A stretch of 25,459 bases of DNA from Verrucomicrobiota bacterium (GCA_033762115.1 JANRLX010000003.1:1-25459), one strand, 5' to 3'; shown: positions 16,071-25,459, counted from the first letter of the stretch. Notes: generated by a model from the letters alone, not told the origin. A program made the numbers and translations.

Positions 16071-16559
16071 TCACCCATTCTTTTCCTCGTGACAGATCAT
16101 ATCAATGATCACCACGCAGGAGAGAATCAGGATGGGATCGATTCCTTCCTGGATATCGATGCCATAGCTGTCAGTCAGCGCGATCCACTCTTTTGATATT
16201 CGCGCAGCCACTTTGCCATTGAGCGAGAAGGAATAGTTATGTTCCCAGAAGCTTCCCACTGCCTCGAGATCATTCGGGCCGGGCAGATCGACTGTAAATT
16301 TCGCTTTGAACAGGGTAAACAGATGTTTTCGGATCGTTGCCATTTCCCTTCCATCCCGGAGTAGCTCGTAGGTGGGGCCCCAGGCCAGCAAACGCTGGCG
16401 TATGAAGGCCAGTTCGTTGCCGTTCATATCCTGGAAGGAAAGCTTTTTGCCGATGCTGAATGCGCGGCCATCGACAAAATAAACCTGCTGTCCTGCTTCA
16501 TTGAAAATGGCAAAATCATCTCCCCAGGCCAGCCATTTCTCTTTCATGACATATCGCAT
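16071..16559 (-). CDS. LURP-one-related / scramblase-tubby C-terminal-like protein (YxjI-like)
   Basis: MKEKWLAWGDDFAI...YFVDGRAFSIG...ISKEWIALTDSYGIDI...ILSCVVIID matches the bacterial LOR family pattern; AAGGA RBS upstream. Confidence 0.85.
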   Translation of the reverse strand: MRYVMKEKWLAWGDDFAIFNEAGQQVYFVDGRAFSIGKKLSFQDMNGNELAFIRQRLLAWGPTYELLRDGREMATIRKHLFTLFKAKFTVDLPGPNDLEAVGSFWEHNYSFSLNGKVAARISKEWIALTDSYGIDIQEGIDPILILSCVVIIDMICHEEKNG

Positions 16560-16807
16560 GTTTCCTTTTTAACACTCCGGCGAAGGGTGTCGATTACAGG
16601 AAGCGGCGAATAATGTAACCAGTCAAAGAACGCATGAACAAAAGCATTGTCGAATGTGCGCTCTGGCTGGTAACGTATTTAAAACCGAATCTGCAGCGTG
16701 CGATCGAATGAATCGCTGTACCCCATCCAACTTGCTGGATAATTACCCTGGGGAGCTTTACTCCTTACGAATTTTCGCCGCTGCTCCCGATTACCTTTTT
16801 AGCGCCT

Positions 16808-18784
16808 ATGAGTTTTACTCTTCGTCCTCTGCCATTGCCTGGAATTTTGCCCGGCAGTGGTGACGCGCCAAAAAACATACCAGACACCAGCCGAAGCGCG
16901 GCCTGGCTCCAGGGAGGAATGGCGGTCCTCGACGCGGAGGAGAAAATCGTTCAGATCAACGAACACCTGGCATTATGGCTTGGGGTCAAGGCGGAAGAAG
17001 CAATAGGCCAACTGGCAGAGCTGCTTCTGCAAAAGCGTGATATTGCCTGCGCTTTGAAATTCAAGGAGCTCTGGAATAGGGGTGCGTTTGCCGAAGCGGA
17101 TTTTTCCTCTTCCAGCCAGCAATCACAGGAATGGTTTACGATGGAGGTGGCCAGGCATGCGGGAGGTGGTTACCTGCGCCTGAATTCTTCATTGCCTCCG
17201 CTTTTTGAACTCGAAGAGTCAGCCTGGGATGAGCACCTGGGTAACAATGCGGCCCGTCGGCAGATGTTCATTCGCCTGCTTCGCGCAGAAGCGCAATTGA
17301 ACAATCTGATTCATCGGTGGCCGGGAGTGATTTTTACCCAGCGTGCTGATTTCAGTTTTTTGTTTGTCAGCGAGCGGATTGCTGAGTTGACCGGGGTGGA
17401 TTCCATGGAATGGCGCGCCCAGCCAACTCTTTTTTGGCAGGCAGTTCATGAAGCCGACGCGGAGGAGTTGCAGCAGCAGTTCAAAAAGCTTTCCCCACGG
17501 AATGATCGCCACTCCGGCACCTATCGAATTCGCCATGCGCAAACGGGCAGGATTACGTATGTGTATGAACATCGGGAGGCGATCTTCAGCAGCAACGGCC
17601 TGCTGCTTGGATATGAAGGAGTCTGGCTTGATGTGACCCGCCAGACCATTGCTGAAAAACGCCTCTCTTCCGCAGCCTGGAAGGAAACGCTGGCAATCCT
17701 GACGATGGGCTTGGCTCATGATTTCAGCAATATCATGGCGGGGATACTTTCTCTCAGTGAAGCGTTCCAGGCCCAGGTGGACAAACAGCACCCATTTCAG
17801 GAGGGGCTGGCATTAATCAAGCGTAACTCAATGCAGGCCAGCCAGTTGGTGCAGCGGATCCTCAACCTCCACCAGGGGAAAGTGGGAGAGCGGAATTATC
17901 ACAGCTTGAATGATCTCGTGGCCGATACCGTGGAAGTGGTGCGCAAGATCATCCCCCGGAGAATTGAATTGAGCACTGAGTATTCAAGTGAGCAATTGCC
18001 CCTTTACGTTGATCCGGTTGAATTTCGCCAGGTTTTGATCAATCTGACTTTGAACGCAGTGGATGCAATGCCTCAAAGCGGACACCTGATATTTAAAACA
18101 TCCCGCTGCCAGGAGTATCCGGTTTTAAATCATGTGCAGGGTACATTGCCTCGCACCCCTGCGATCTGCCTGACAGTCGAGGATAATGGAGTGGGAATTC
18201 CTGAAAAGCTCCTGAAAACGATTTTCGATCCGTTTTTCACGACCAAGGCCATGAACAAAGGAAACGGATTGGGGCTATATAATGCGCGGTTGTTTGCCGA
18301 TAAGCATCATGGAGCCATTTCTGTGCAATCCACTGAAAAGGTGGGGACGACATTTCAGGTCTGGCTGCCGGAAGCCGATTTTAGTGAGAATGAACGTTTT
18401 GATGAAGAGGAAACGCAGCAGCGACACACGTTGCTGCTGGTGGGCGAAGCGCCTCGTGATATCGAGGGCTGCGCAAAGTTCCTCCGTCAAAACGGCTATT
18501 ATGTGGTTGTTCCCGGACCGGACCAGCGCGCTTCCGATGTCCTTAGTTCGCCGGACTATCAATTTGCCGGGGTCATGTTATTGCACACCCGGGAGGCAAC
18601 GGAGACTTCAACAGCATTGGACCAAATTACATCGGTGAATTCAAAATTGAAAAAAATCCTGCAAATCGTCGGATGCAACCAGGATGAGTTGGACACTCAG
18701 ATATTGAGCAAGGCCGACCTTGTGATCTCATCGGATGTGCCGCAGCCGGAAGTTTTACTGCGCCTGACCTCGCTGCTTAAATGA
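16808..18784 (+). CDS. Cytoplasmic PAS-domain histidine kinase with C-terminal pseudo-receiver
   Basis: Two PAS-like regions; H-box [10 protein letters not shown]-box [15 protein letters not shown]1 VEDNGVGI; F-box [10 protein letters not shown]2 GNGLGL. The C-terminal receiver-like tail lacks the conserved acidic residues. Start uncertain. Confidence 0.9.
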   Translation: MSFTLRPLPLPGILPGSGDAPKNIPDTSRSAAWLQGGMAVLDAEEKIVQINEHLALWLGVKAEEAIGQLAELLLQKRDIACALKFKELWNRGAFAEADFSSSSQQSQEWFTMEVARHAGGGYLRLNSSLPPLFELEESAWDEHLGNNAARRQMFIRLLRAEAQLNNLIHRWPGVIFTQRADFSFLFVSERIAELTGVDSMEWRAQPTLFWQAVHEADAEELQQQFKKLSPRNDRHSGTYRIRHAQTGRITYVYEHREAIFSSNGLLLGYEGVWLDVTRQTIAEKRLSSAAWKETLAILTMGLAHDFSNIMAGILSLSEAFQAQVDKQHPFQEGLALIKRNSMQASQLVQRILNLHQGKVGERNYHSLNDLVADTVEVVRKIIPRRIELSTEYSSEQLPLYVDPVEFRQVLINLTLNAVDAMPQSGHLIFKTSRCQEYPVLNHVQGTLPRTPAICLTVEDNGVGIPEKLLKTIFDPFFTTKAMNKGNGLGLYNARLFADKHHGAISVQSTEKVGTTFQVWLPEADFSENERFDEEETQQRHTLLLVGEAPRDIEGCAKFLRQNGYYVVVPGPDQRASDVLSSPDYQFAGVMLLHTREATETSTALDQITSVNSKLKKILQIVGCNQDELDTQILSKADLVISSDVPQPEVLLRLTSLLK

Positions 18785-18785
18785 T

Positions 18786-20063
18786 ATGACTCCTGCTGCA
18801 AACGCACCAACTTCTCCGCATAAAATCCTCATCGTTGATGATGAGGAGATCGTGATGGTTGCCCTTCGGGAGACCCTGGTCAGGGCTGGCTACCAGGTTG
18901 CCACTGCGCCGAATCCCATTCCGGCGCTGGACCTGTTAAAAACAGACACTTTTGCGGTGGTTATTTCAGATCAGCAAATGCCGCGGATGAACGGTCTGGA
19001 TTTCCTTGCGAATGTGAAGCAGATCCAGCCTGACGCTTCACGGATCCTGATTACCGCAGTGTTAAGCCTCGATACGGTGATTGATGCGATCAATAAAGGG
19101 GAGATTTATCGTTTTATCGTCAAGCCCTGGTTACGGGAAGAACTGCTGGCCACAGTCAAAAACGCCGTCCAGCGGTATGAACTGATCTGCCGGAATTCCT
19201 TGTTGCAGGCAACGACCCTTTCGATGAACGAGAAGCTGACGCAGCTGAATCAATCGTTGGAGGAACAGGTCAAGCGGGTGGCAGAACAAAACCAGCAACT
19301 TGCCCGGTTGAACGATGCGTTGGAGCAGAACCTCAACCGTTCAGTGGAACTTTGCCTGCAAACGATGCAAACCTTTTATCCGACCCTGGGAAGCCAGGCA
19401 AAAAGGGTTTATGAAATTTGCAAAACGATGGCCGAACAGCTCAGCCTTCCCGCTGAGCAAAGGCAGACGCTGGAGATTGCGGCGTGGCTTCATGACATCG
19501 GCCTGGTTGGAGTCCCAAGACACATTATCAGGCGCTGGCAGCAGGACAAAAACTCCCTCGAGGAGGCTGAGCGGATGTTAATCGAGCATCACCCCATCCT
19601 GGGGCAGGAGCTTGCCAGTTTCGCTCATCATCTCAAGGAAGTCGGGACAACCATCCGGTCGCATCATGAACGTTTTGACGGGACCGGTTACCCGGACAAA
19701 CTGGCCGGGGAAGCCATTCCCTGGCTGGGAAGGCTGCTTGCAGTGGCCGTTCATTTCTCGGAAAGCCCGCAGGACCATCAGGTGGTTCTCGATGAAATCA
19801 AATTAAGCAGCGGCTCCGCTTTTGATCCTGAGGCAGTCCGCGCCTTCCTTCGCGCCTTGCCCAGGGCCTCGATGCCACGCAAGGAGCGGGAGGTGCTCCT
19901 CTCCGAATTACGCCCGGGAATGGTGCTGGCCAAGGGAATTTATACCGCCAATGGGTTGCTGCTGATGCCTGAAGGCCAGCAATTAAGTGCCCCTTACATT
20001 GACAAGCTGCTTAACCACAACCGAATTAATCCGATAAATCAGTCATTGATCGTTTATTGCTGA
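18786..20063 (+). CDS. Response regulator: receiver + coiled coil + HD-GYP-like domain (degenerate) + short C-terminal domain
   Basis: REC motifs ILIVDDE, VVISDQQMP and FIVKPW; LHDIG; HHERFDGTGYP; FDPEAV; tail LSELRPGMVLAKGIYTANGLLL. Confidence 0.9.
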   Translation: MTPAANAPTSPHKILIVDDEEIVMVALRETLVRAGYQVATAPNPIPALDLLKTDTFAVVISDQQMPRMNGLDFLANVKQIQPDASRILITAVLSLDTVIDAINKGEIYRFIVKPWLREELLATVKNAVQRYELICRNSLLQATTLSMNEKLTQLNQSLEEQVKRVAEQNQQLARLNDALEQNLNRSVELCLQTMQTFYPTLGSQAKRVYEICKTMAEQLSLPAEQRQTLEIAAWLHDIGLVGVPRHIIRRWQQDKNSLEEAERMLIEHHPILGQELASFAHHLKEVGTTIRSHHERFDGTGYPDKLAGEAIPWLGRLLAVAVHFSESPQDHQVVLDEIKLSSGSAFDPEAVRAFLRALPRASMPRKEREVLLSELRPGMVLAKGIYTANGLLLMPEGQQLSAPYIDKLLNHNRINPINQSLIVYC

Positions 20064-22396
20064 GACAGTCGATATCGGGGGGAAATGTTCCCAATGTGGC
20101 TATGCCTGCCGCTACTTTCATGAGCCGGATGGAAACAGATACTTCGCGCCTCGAATCCCGCGCGGGGTGGTGGCAATGCGTCTTTGATTCTTCCGACGAT
20201 GCCCAGCTCGTCTGTTTCAAATCAGGTGAGGTCCGGGAATTGAATCGCCGGGCGATTGCATTGCTTGAATTCAGCAGTTCCAAACCTCCCGAAGGTTTTT
20301 TTATTTTTGAACTGCTCAGCCCTTCCGTTTCGAAAAAATTAAGTGACCTGTTTGCCAATCCCAATACGAAGCAGGAAACATTGAGCGCAGTCACTCTCGT
20401 TTTCGGCGGGGCCATCCGCCAGATCATCGATCTTCAGGCGACGCCGTTGAGTCCGGATTACTGGCTCGTGTCGATTCGTGATGCCAGCCGCCGGTGGCGA
20501 ATGGAATCGCATGTGCAACGGTTGATCACAGCTCTGGATGCCACACCGGATGTCTTCTTCCTCACCGATTCTGATTACCGCCTCACCTTCGTCAACGCAG
20601 CCTTTCAGAATGTCACCGGACATACCATCGAGGATGCCCTTGGGCGGACTGCCCATTTCTTAAGAACGCCCAGTGAAGCCGCAAGGATCGAAGAGTATGT
20701 GGAATCAGTGAAGCAGGGAAAAGATTGGGTGGGAGAACTGACCAATATCCGTGCGGATGGCTCCACTTACCCGGTTGAAGCGGTGATCTCCCCAATTTTC
20801 GACCGGAACGGAAAGTTGCTCGGTTACGTTTCCTGTGAGCGGGATATTACCGTAAAAAAAGCGCTCCAGAGCGGCATTTTACGGGAACAAAATTATGTCC
20901 GCAGCATCCTCAACTCCATTGATTCAGTCATTTACACCCTGGACCGCTCTTTCTGCATCACTCATGTCAACGAGCATTGGAAGGAACTTCCTCCCGAACA
21001 TGGCTGGGTGAAACTCAAGGGGGAACCTGCGATTGGTGACAATTTTACATCCTATCTTGCGGATGAGGAAAAGGTTAAGGAATTCCGCAAATTATTTGAG
21101 CAGGTCCTTGCAACGGGAACACCGCACGAATTTCATTGGAGCAGCGAAAATGGCCGCCACTGGATCATTAATATAAGCCCCTGGACCCATGAAAATGAGG
21201 TCGCTGGAATCATCTATCGCGTTGCGGACAGCACCAAGTTTCATGAATTGCAGAACCAGCTTTACCAGGCGCAAAAGATGGAAACCATCGGTGCGCTCGC
21301 CGCTGGGATTGCCCATGATTTCAATAATTTGCTGCAGGTGATTCGGGGAAACATCACGCTGCTGCTGCAGGAGGAGCATGCCAGGAAAACTCCGCATGAT
21401 CTTCGACTGCAACAGATCGAGCAAGCTGCCGCCCGAGCGTCCAATATCACGGAACAATTGCTGACATTCAGCCGTGCTTCGGATGAAAAAGTCACCGTAT
21501 TTGATTTCAACAAGGTGGTGCTTGAAGTAGGGCAGCTGGTGCAACGTTCATCGAAAGGGAACATTCAATTTAAAGTCGAATCCCCGGCCGCTCCGATCAA
21601 GGTGCGGATGGATGCCACCCGCGCCCATCAGCTGTTGCTCAATCTTTGTGTGAACGCGCAGGATGCCATGCCGCAGGGGGGGACAATCACGATTTCCAAC
21701 AAGCAATTTGCCCTGCCCTCCGACCTGGCGGAAAAAATCCAGTGTGCTCCAGGCTCAGAATTCCTCTGTTGCAGCGTTAGTGATACCGGCACTGGAATTC
21801 CTCCTGAAATTATCAGCCGTATTTTTGACCCATTTTTCACCACCAAGGAAACGGGGAAGGGAACGGGCCTTGGGCTCTCGATTGTTCATAGCGTGGTTGC
21901 GCAGGCTGGCGGATTTCTGGAAGTCAAAAGCAAGCCGGGCCACGGGACGACGTTTTTTATTTACCTGCCGGTGGTCGATTCTGCGATCCACTCAGAAGTA
22001 AAACCAATTCACAACGCCCTGCCCAGGGGTGTGGGAAGGTTGCTGATTGTTGAAGACCTTGATCTGGTGCGTGATTTTACCCAGACTTTTCTCCGTTCGG
22101 CAGGCTTTGAAGTGCTCGTGGCAACGAATGGGCCGGAAGCTCTGGAAATTCTGAAGAACCTGGAGCAGCCTGTTGATCTGGTCCTGACCGATTTCAACAT
22201 GCCAGGAATGAATGGCCTTGAGTTGATGAGTGAAATCGCCCATCTGCATCCCGGCATGAAATTTGTCCTGGCATCCGGTTACCTGGATGAAACGGAGCGG
22301 GATCGCATTCTCACCGAGCACAAAGCCAAGATTCTCAAAAAGCCGTATAATGTCAGGGAAGCCACCAATCTCATTCTTGAGATGTTGGAAACCTGA
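20057..22396 (+). CDS. Cytoplasmic multi-PAS hybrid histidine kinase/response regulator (CckA-like architecture)
   Basis: Three PAS-like segments; [55 protein letters not shown]; intact receiver ([22 protein letters not shown]). The true start may be the ATG at 20102, 20120 or 20129. Confidence 0.92.
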   Translation: MLRQSISGGNVPNVAMPAATFMSRMETDTSRLESRAGWWQCVFDSSDDAQLVCFKSGEVRELNRRAIALLEFSSSKPPEGFFIFELLSPSVSKKLSDLFANPNTKQETLSAVTLVFGGAIRQIIDLQATPLSPDYWLVSIRDASRRWRMESHVQRLITALDATPDVFFLTDSDYRLTFVNAAFQNVTGHTIEDALGRTAHFLRTPSEAARIEEYVESVKQGKDWVGELTNIRADGSTYPVEAVISPIFDRNGKLLGYVSCERDITVKKALQSGILREQNYVRSILNSIDSVIYTLDRSFCITHVNEHWKELPPEHGWVKLKGEPAIGDNFTSYLADEEKVKEFRKLFEQVLATGTPHEFHWSSENGRHWIINISPWTHENEVAGIIYRVADSTKFHELQNQLYQAQKMETIGALAAGIAHDFNNLLQVIRGNITLLLQEEHARKTPHDLRLQQIEQAAARASNITEQLLTFSRASDEKVTVFDFNKVVLEVGQLVQRSSKGNIQFKVESPAAPIKVRMDATRAHQLLLNLCVNAQDAMPQGGTITISNKQFALPSDLAEKIQCAPGSEFLCCSVSDTGTGIPPEIISRIFDPFFTTKETGKGTGLGLSIVHSVVAQAGGFLEVKSKPGHGTTFFIYLPVVDSAIHSEVKPIHNALPRGVGRLLIVEDLDLVRDFTQTFLRSAGFEVLVATNGPEALEILKNLEQPVDLVLTDFNMPGMNGLELMSEIAHLHPGMKFVLASGYLDETERDRILTEHKAKILKKPYNVREATNLILEMLET

Positions 22397-22402
22397 CCCG
22401 CT

Positions 22403-22690
22403 TCACTCTTCCCGGGCAGGGCGCAAATTCACGATGGTTGCGCCCAATCCTCCATAAAGCGCGCTTGCGTCCGAAAAGCTCGCCACGTACTCCAGTCGGG
22501 AAAGGATGGCATGCACACTTTTTCTGATGTTTCCCACCCCTTTGCCGTGAATCACTCGCACCTGCAGGATCCCACGGGCGCGACATTCGGAAAGATAGTC
22601 AGGCACAAGGGCTGAAAGGTCGGTCGGACGAAAAGTATGCAAGTCCAGGGTGTCTGTGATTGGCAGTTTGACTGGTTCCTCGTCGTTCAT
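22403..22690 (-). CDS. Stand-alone Smr (small MutS-related) domain protein
   Basis: LDLHTF...VRVIHGKG.G...GG.GATIV; GGAGA RBS just upstream of the ATG at 22690 (95 aa). Confidence 0.88.
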   Translation of the reverse strand: MNDEEPVKLPITDTLDLHTFRPTDLSALVPDYLSECRARGILQVRVIHGKGVGNIRKSVHAILSRLEYVASFSDASALYGGLGATIVNLRPAREE

Positions 22691-22752
22691 TTCTCCAGAA
22701 ATCATCCTGTAATTCGCAAGTTGTCCATTTAAGAGATGACTTCCAATTCTTT

Positions 22753-22780
22753 TTGACACAAGTGTGGCTTTGGTTACGCT
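22753..22780 (+). promoter_or_regulatory. Candidate sigma70 promoter for the sugar operon
   Basis: TTGACA (22753-22758)-N16-TACGCT (22775-22780), ending 15 nt before the ATG at 22796. Confidence 0.5.
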
Positions 22781-22795
22781 CGCTTCGCATACCAT

Positions 22796-23641
22796 ATGAG
22801 AATTGGCATCAACACATTTTTATTCACATCTCCCTTCACCAACGAGAGCACCAAATTGTTCCCGAAATTCAAAAAGTGGGGATTTGATACTGTGGAGATA
22901 CCAGTCGAAGATCCATCACACATTGACCCGCAACATGTCAAAGCGGAGTTGGACAAAAATGGTCTTGTTTGCGGATCGGTCTGCGCCTGCATGGGCGGTG
23001 GACGGGACCTGCGCGGCACTCCTGAGCAGCAAAAAAATGCCTTTGATTACATGACCACCCTTCTCGACCAGATGGTCGCGCTTGATTGCCCAAGTCTGAT
23101 CGGGCCGGTCTATTCTGAAGTCGGTCGGGCTGACGCCGTTCCTGAGAAAGAATACAAGCAGCAATGGAAAACGGTGGTGAAACACCTCAAACAGTTGAGC
23201 AAGTATGCGGAGAAGCGTGGACGGCAGATCTGCCTTGAGCCGTTGAACCGTTTTGAAACGGATTTCATCAATACGGCTGACCAGGCATTGCAGATGATTG
23301 CCGATGTGGGAAGTCCCGCCCTCAAAATTCACCTGGACACGTTTCACATGAACATCGAAGAGAAGGATCAGGCCAGGGCGATCAAGAAGGTCGGCAAACT
23401 GCTCGGTCATTTTCACGCCTGCGGCAGTGATCGTGGCACTCCCGGAAACGATCATATCGATTGGGTCCCGATTGTTGCCGCCCTCAAAAGCGTCAAATAC
23501 AAGGGAGATATCGTCATCGAATCATTCACCACCGATGTCAAAGTCATTGCCCGTGCTGCCGCGATCTGGAGAAGAATGGAACCAACCACGGAAGAGATTG
23601 CAGTCAAAGGAATTAAATTCCTCAAAAAAGCGCTCGCTTGA
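22796..23641 (+). CDS. Sugar phosphate isomerase/epimerase, D-tagatose/D-psicose 3-epimerase family (TIM barrel)
   Basis: Metal and catalytic motifs LEPLNRFE, HLDTFHMNIEE, HFHACGSDRGTPG and VIESF. Confidence 0.9.
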   Translation: MRIGINTFLFTSPFTNESTKLFPKFKKWGFDTVEIPVEDPSHIDPQHVKAELDKNGLVCGSVCACMGGGRDLRGTPEQQKNAFDYMTTLLDQMVALDCPSLIGPVYSEVGRADAVPEKEYKQQWKTVVKHLKQLSKYAEKRGRQICLEPLNRFETDFINTADQALQMIADVGSPALKIHLDTFHMNIEEKDQARAIKKVGKLLGHFHACGSDRGTPGNDHIDWVPIVAALKSVKYKGDIVIESFTTDVKVIARAAAIWRRMEPTTEEIAVKGIKFLKKALA

Positions 23642-23712
23642 GCTGATGCATGATCAGGAGGGTCCTAAGTTTGAATCAAAGCTGGAGGAATTCCGTCACA
23701 ATATTAAATCTC

Positions 23713-25227
23713 ATGAAATATCTGGCTGTTATTCAGACGCTCTTTTTGGGCCTTGGCCTTGCCGCGTTTTCAATCCCACTTAATGCGGCTGAAGAGTCCG
23801 GTTTCAAATCGATTTTTAATGGCAAGGATTTGTCCGGATGGGATGGGAACCCCAAATTCTGGTCTGTCAAGGATGGAGCAATCAACGGGACGACAACAAA
23901 GGAAAATCCGACGAGCGGAAACACATTCCTGATCTGGCGTGATGGAACGGTGGATGATTTTGTCCTTCGTCTTAAGTTCAAAATTGTCGGTGGCAACTCC
24001 GGTATTCAGTACCGGAGCAAGGATTTTGGAAACTGGGTGGTCGGTGGGTACCAGGCGGATTTTGAAGCTGGTGAAACTTTTTCAGGCATTCTTTATGAGG
24101 AGCGGATGGAGCGTGGTATTATGGCCCAGCGTGGTGAAAAAGTGCTCTGGAATGAAGAAGGCAAAAAGGAAGTGACCGGTTCCGTGGGCGACTCGAAGGA
24201 AATCCAGGCAGCCATCAAAAAAGAGGATTGGAACGATTACGAAATCATCGCTCAAGGCAGCCATTTGGTCCATAAAATCAATGGCAAGACGACAGTCGAA
24301 GTCCTGGACAAGGATAAAAAGCGACAGGTTTTTTCGGGGATTCTAGCCTTGCAACTGCATGCGGGCCCTCCCATGAACGTCCAGTTCAAGGATATTCAAC
24401 TCAAACGCACCAGATTGGCTGAGGATAAAAAAAAAATCGTGATGGTAGCGGGCAGCCCTAGCCATGGAAAAGGGGACCATGAGTTTAATGCCGGGGTGCA
24501 GTTGCTGTCACAATGCCTGAAATCTCATCCTAAAATTATTTCCAGTTTTTACCTGAGCGGTTGGCCAAAAGATCCGACGGCATTTGATAATGCAGATACG
24601 ATCCTGTTTTTTGCCGATGGCGGGGGAGGGCATCCGGCGATTCAGGGAGAGCGGCTCAAAGTTTTGGAATCCGTGCTCAGCAAGGGAGTGGGAATGGCAG
24701 CCGTTCATTATGGGGTGGAAGTCCCCAAGGAAAAGGGGGGGGCTGAATTCCTGAAATGGATCGGCGGCTATTTTGAAACCCATTGGTCAGTCAATCCACA
24801 TTGGACCGCTGATTTTAAAACGATTCCCCAACATCCGGTAACTTCCGGGGTGAAACCGTTCAAGATCAAGGATGAGTGGTATTACCACATGCGGTTCCAA
24901 CCTGAGATGAATGGCGTTACCCCGTTGCTCAGCGCAGTCCCGCCGGAGGAGACGCGCATGGGAGCGGATGGTCCTCATTCCGGCAATCCTCATGTCCGTG
25001 CGCGTAAAGGTGAGGCGGAGGTGGTTTCCTGGGTTTATGAGCGCCCGAATGGCGGACGAGGTTTCGGCTTTACGGGAGCGCATCATCACCGCAACTGGGG
25101 TGAAGAAAATTTTCGTAAGTTGGTGCTGAATGCCCTTGTCTGGACTGCTGGCGCGGAGGTCCCGGAGAATGGGGTTCAATGTGAAGTCACCCCGGAAGAG
25201 CTGGAGAAAAATCTGGATCCAAAATGA
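23713..25227 (+). CDS. Exported DUF1080 (3-keto-disaccharide hydrolase-like) + ThuA-like domain fusion protein
   Basis: Signal peptide from the ATG at 23713 (..PLNA|AEE). DUF1080 motifs: SIFNGKDLSGW, GNSGIQYR, GYQAD, WNDYEI, LALQLH, VQFKDI. ThuA-like motifs: VAGSPSH..HE, KDEWYY, RGFGFTGAH, LVLNALVWTA. Confidence 0.88.
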   Translation: MKYLAVIQTLFLGLGLAAFSIPLNAAEESGFKSIFNGKDLSGWDGNPKFWSVKDGAINGTTTKENPTSGNTFLIWRDGTVDDFVLRLKFKIVGGNSGIQYRSKDFGNWVVGGYQADFEAGETFSGILYEERMERGIMAQRGEKVLWNEEGKKEVTGSVGDSKEIQAAIKKEDWNDYEIIAQGSHLVHKINGKTTVEVLDKDKKRQVFSGILALQLHAGPPMNVQFKDIQLKRTRLAEDKKKIVMVAGSPSHGKGDHEFNAGVQLLSQCLKSHPKIISSFYLSGWPKDPTAFDNADTILFFADGGGGHPAIQGERLKVLESVLSKGVGMAAVHYGVEVPKEKGGAEFLKWIGGYFETHWSVNPHWTADFKTIPQHPVTSGVKPFKIKDEWYYHMRFQPEMNGVTPLLSAVPPEETRMGADGPHSGNPHVRARKGEAEVVSWVYERPNGGRGFGFTGAHHHRNWGEENFRKLVLNALVWTAGAEVPENGVQCEVTPEELEKNLDPK

Positions 25228-25459
25228 AAATCAAAGCATTCATCGCAATTATCTTCGCTACTTTTCTGGCCATCCCTTCTGAAGCCGCGAACAGAAAACT
25301 CGTGATGGTTGCAGGCAGCCCAAGTCATCCACCTGGGATGCATGAATTTACTGCCGGTTCCATCCTGCTAAAAAAGCGGCTGGAGCAGGTGAAGGGGCTC
25401 ACGGTGACGTTTCACACCAATGGCTGGCCTGCTGATCCACAGGCTTTTGAAGGGGCAGA
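25224..25459 (+). CDS. Exported ThuA-like domain protein, 3'-truncated (not in the ORF track)
   Basis: ATGA overlap with the previous stop. Translates MKIKAFIAIIFATFLAIPSEA|ANRKLVMVAGSPSHPPGMHEFTAGSILL...NGWPADPQAFEGA, homologous to the ThuA-like half of the upstream gene. Open to the window end. Confidence 0.88.
   Translation, partial: MKIKAFIAIIFATFLAIPSEAANRKLVMVAGSPSHPPGMHEFTAGSILLKKRLEQVKGLTVTFHTNGWPADPQAFEGA

Noticed and set aside
20011..20075. Sigma28-like -10 elements (TCCGATAA, GTCGATAT) before the second kinase
   Set aside because: The -35 matches are poor, and the sequence is largely constrained by the upstream coding region.

Overview
A gene-dense bacterial chromosomal window. 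It is probably from a Verrucomicrobiota subdivision-3 (Pedosphaera/Limisphaerales-like) genome; this is inferred from protein style and a C-terminal motif, not proven. In order it contains: a 5'-truncated MBOAT O-acyltransferase with an SGNH partner; a three-gene Mla/MCE-type ABC operon (permease, ATPase, MlaD) whose ATPase has lost most catalytic motifs; a 2739-aa exported metzincin protease with 20 Calx-beta domains in five 4-domain super-repeats and a short '...SSDL..W...RFYR' C-terminal module; DegP/HtrA; an orphan type IV pilin-like gene with a sigma54 promoter; a LURP-one family gene; a cytoplasmic signalling trio (PAS kinase with pseudo-receiver, REC plus degenerate HD-GYP, PAS hybrid kinase); a stand-alone Smr gene; and a sugar operon (tagatose/psicose 3-epimerase-like, DUF1080-ThuA fusion, second ThuA paralogue running off the end). 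No RNA genes, mobile elements or CRISPR arrays were seen. The best leads are the giant protease-adhesin (C-terminal module, S/T-N bias), the cluster of pseudo-enzymes, an A10 slippage tract at the DUF1080/ThuA junction, and several regulatory motifs.
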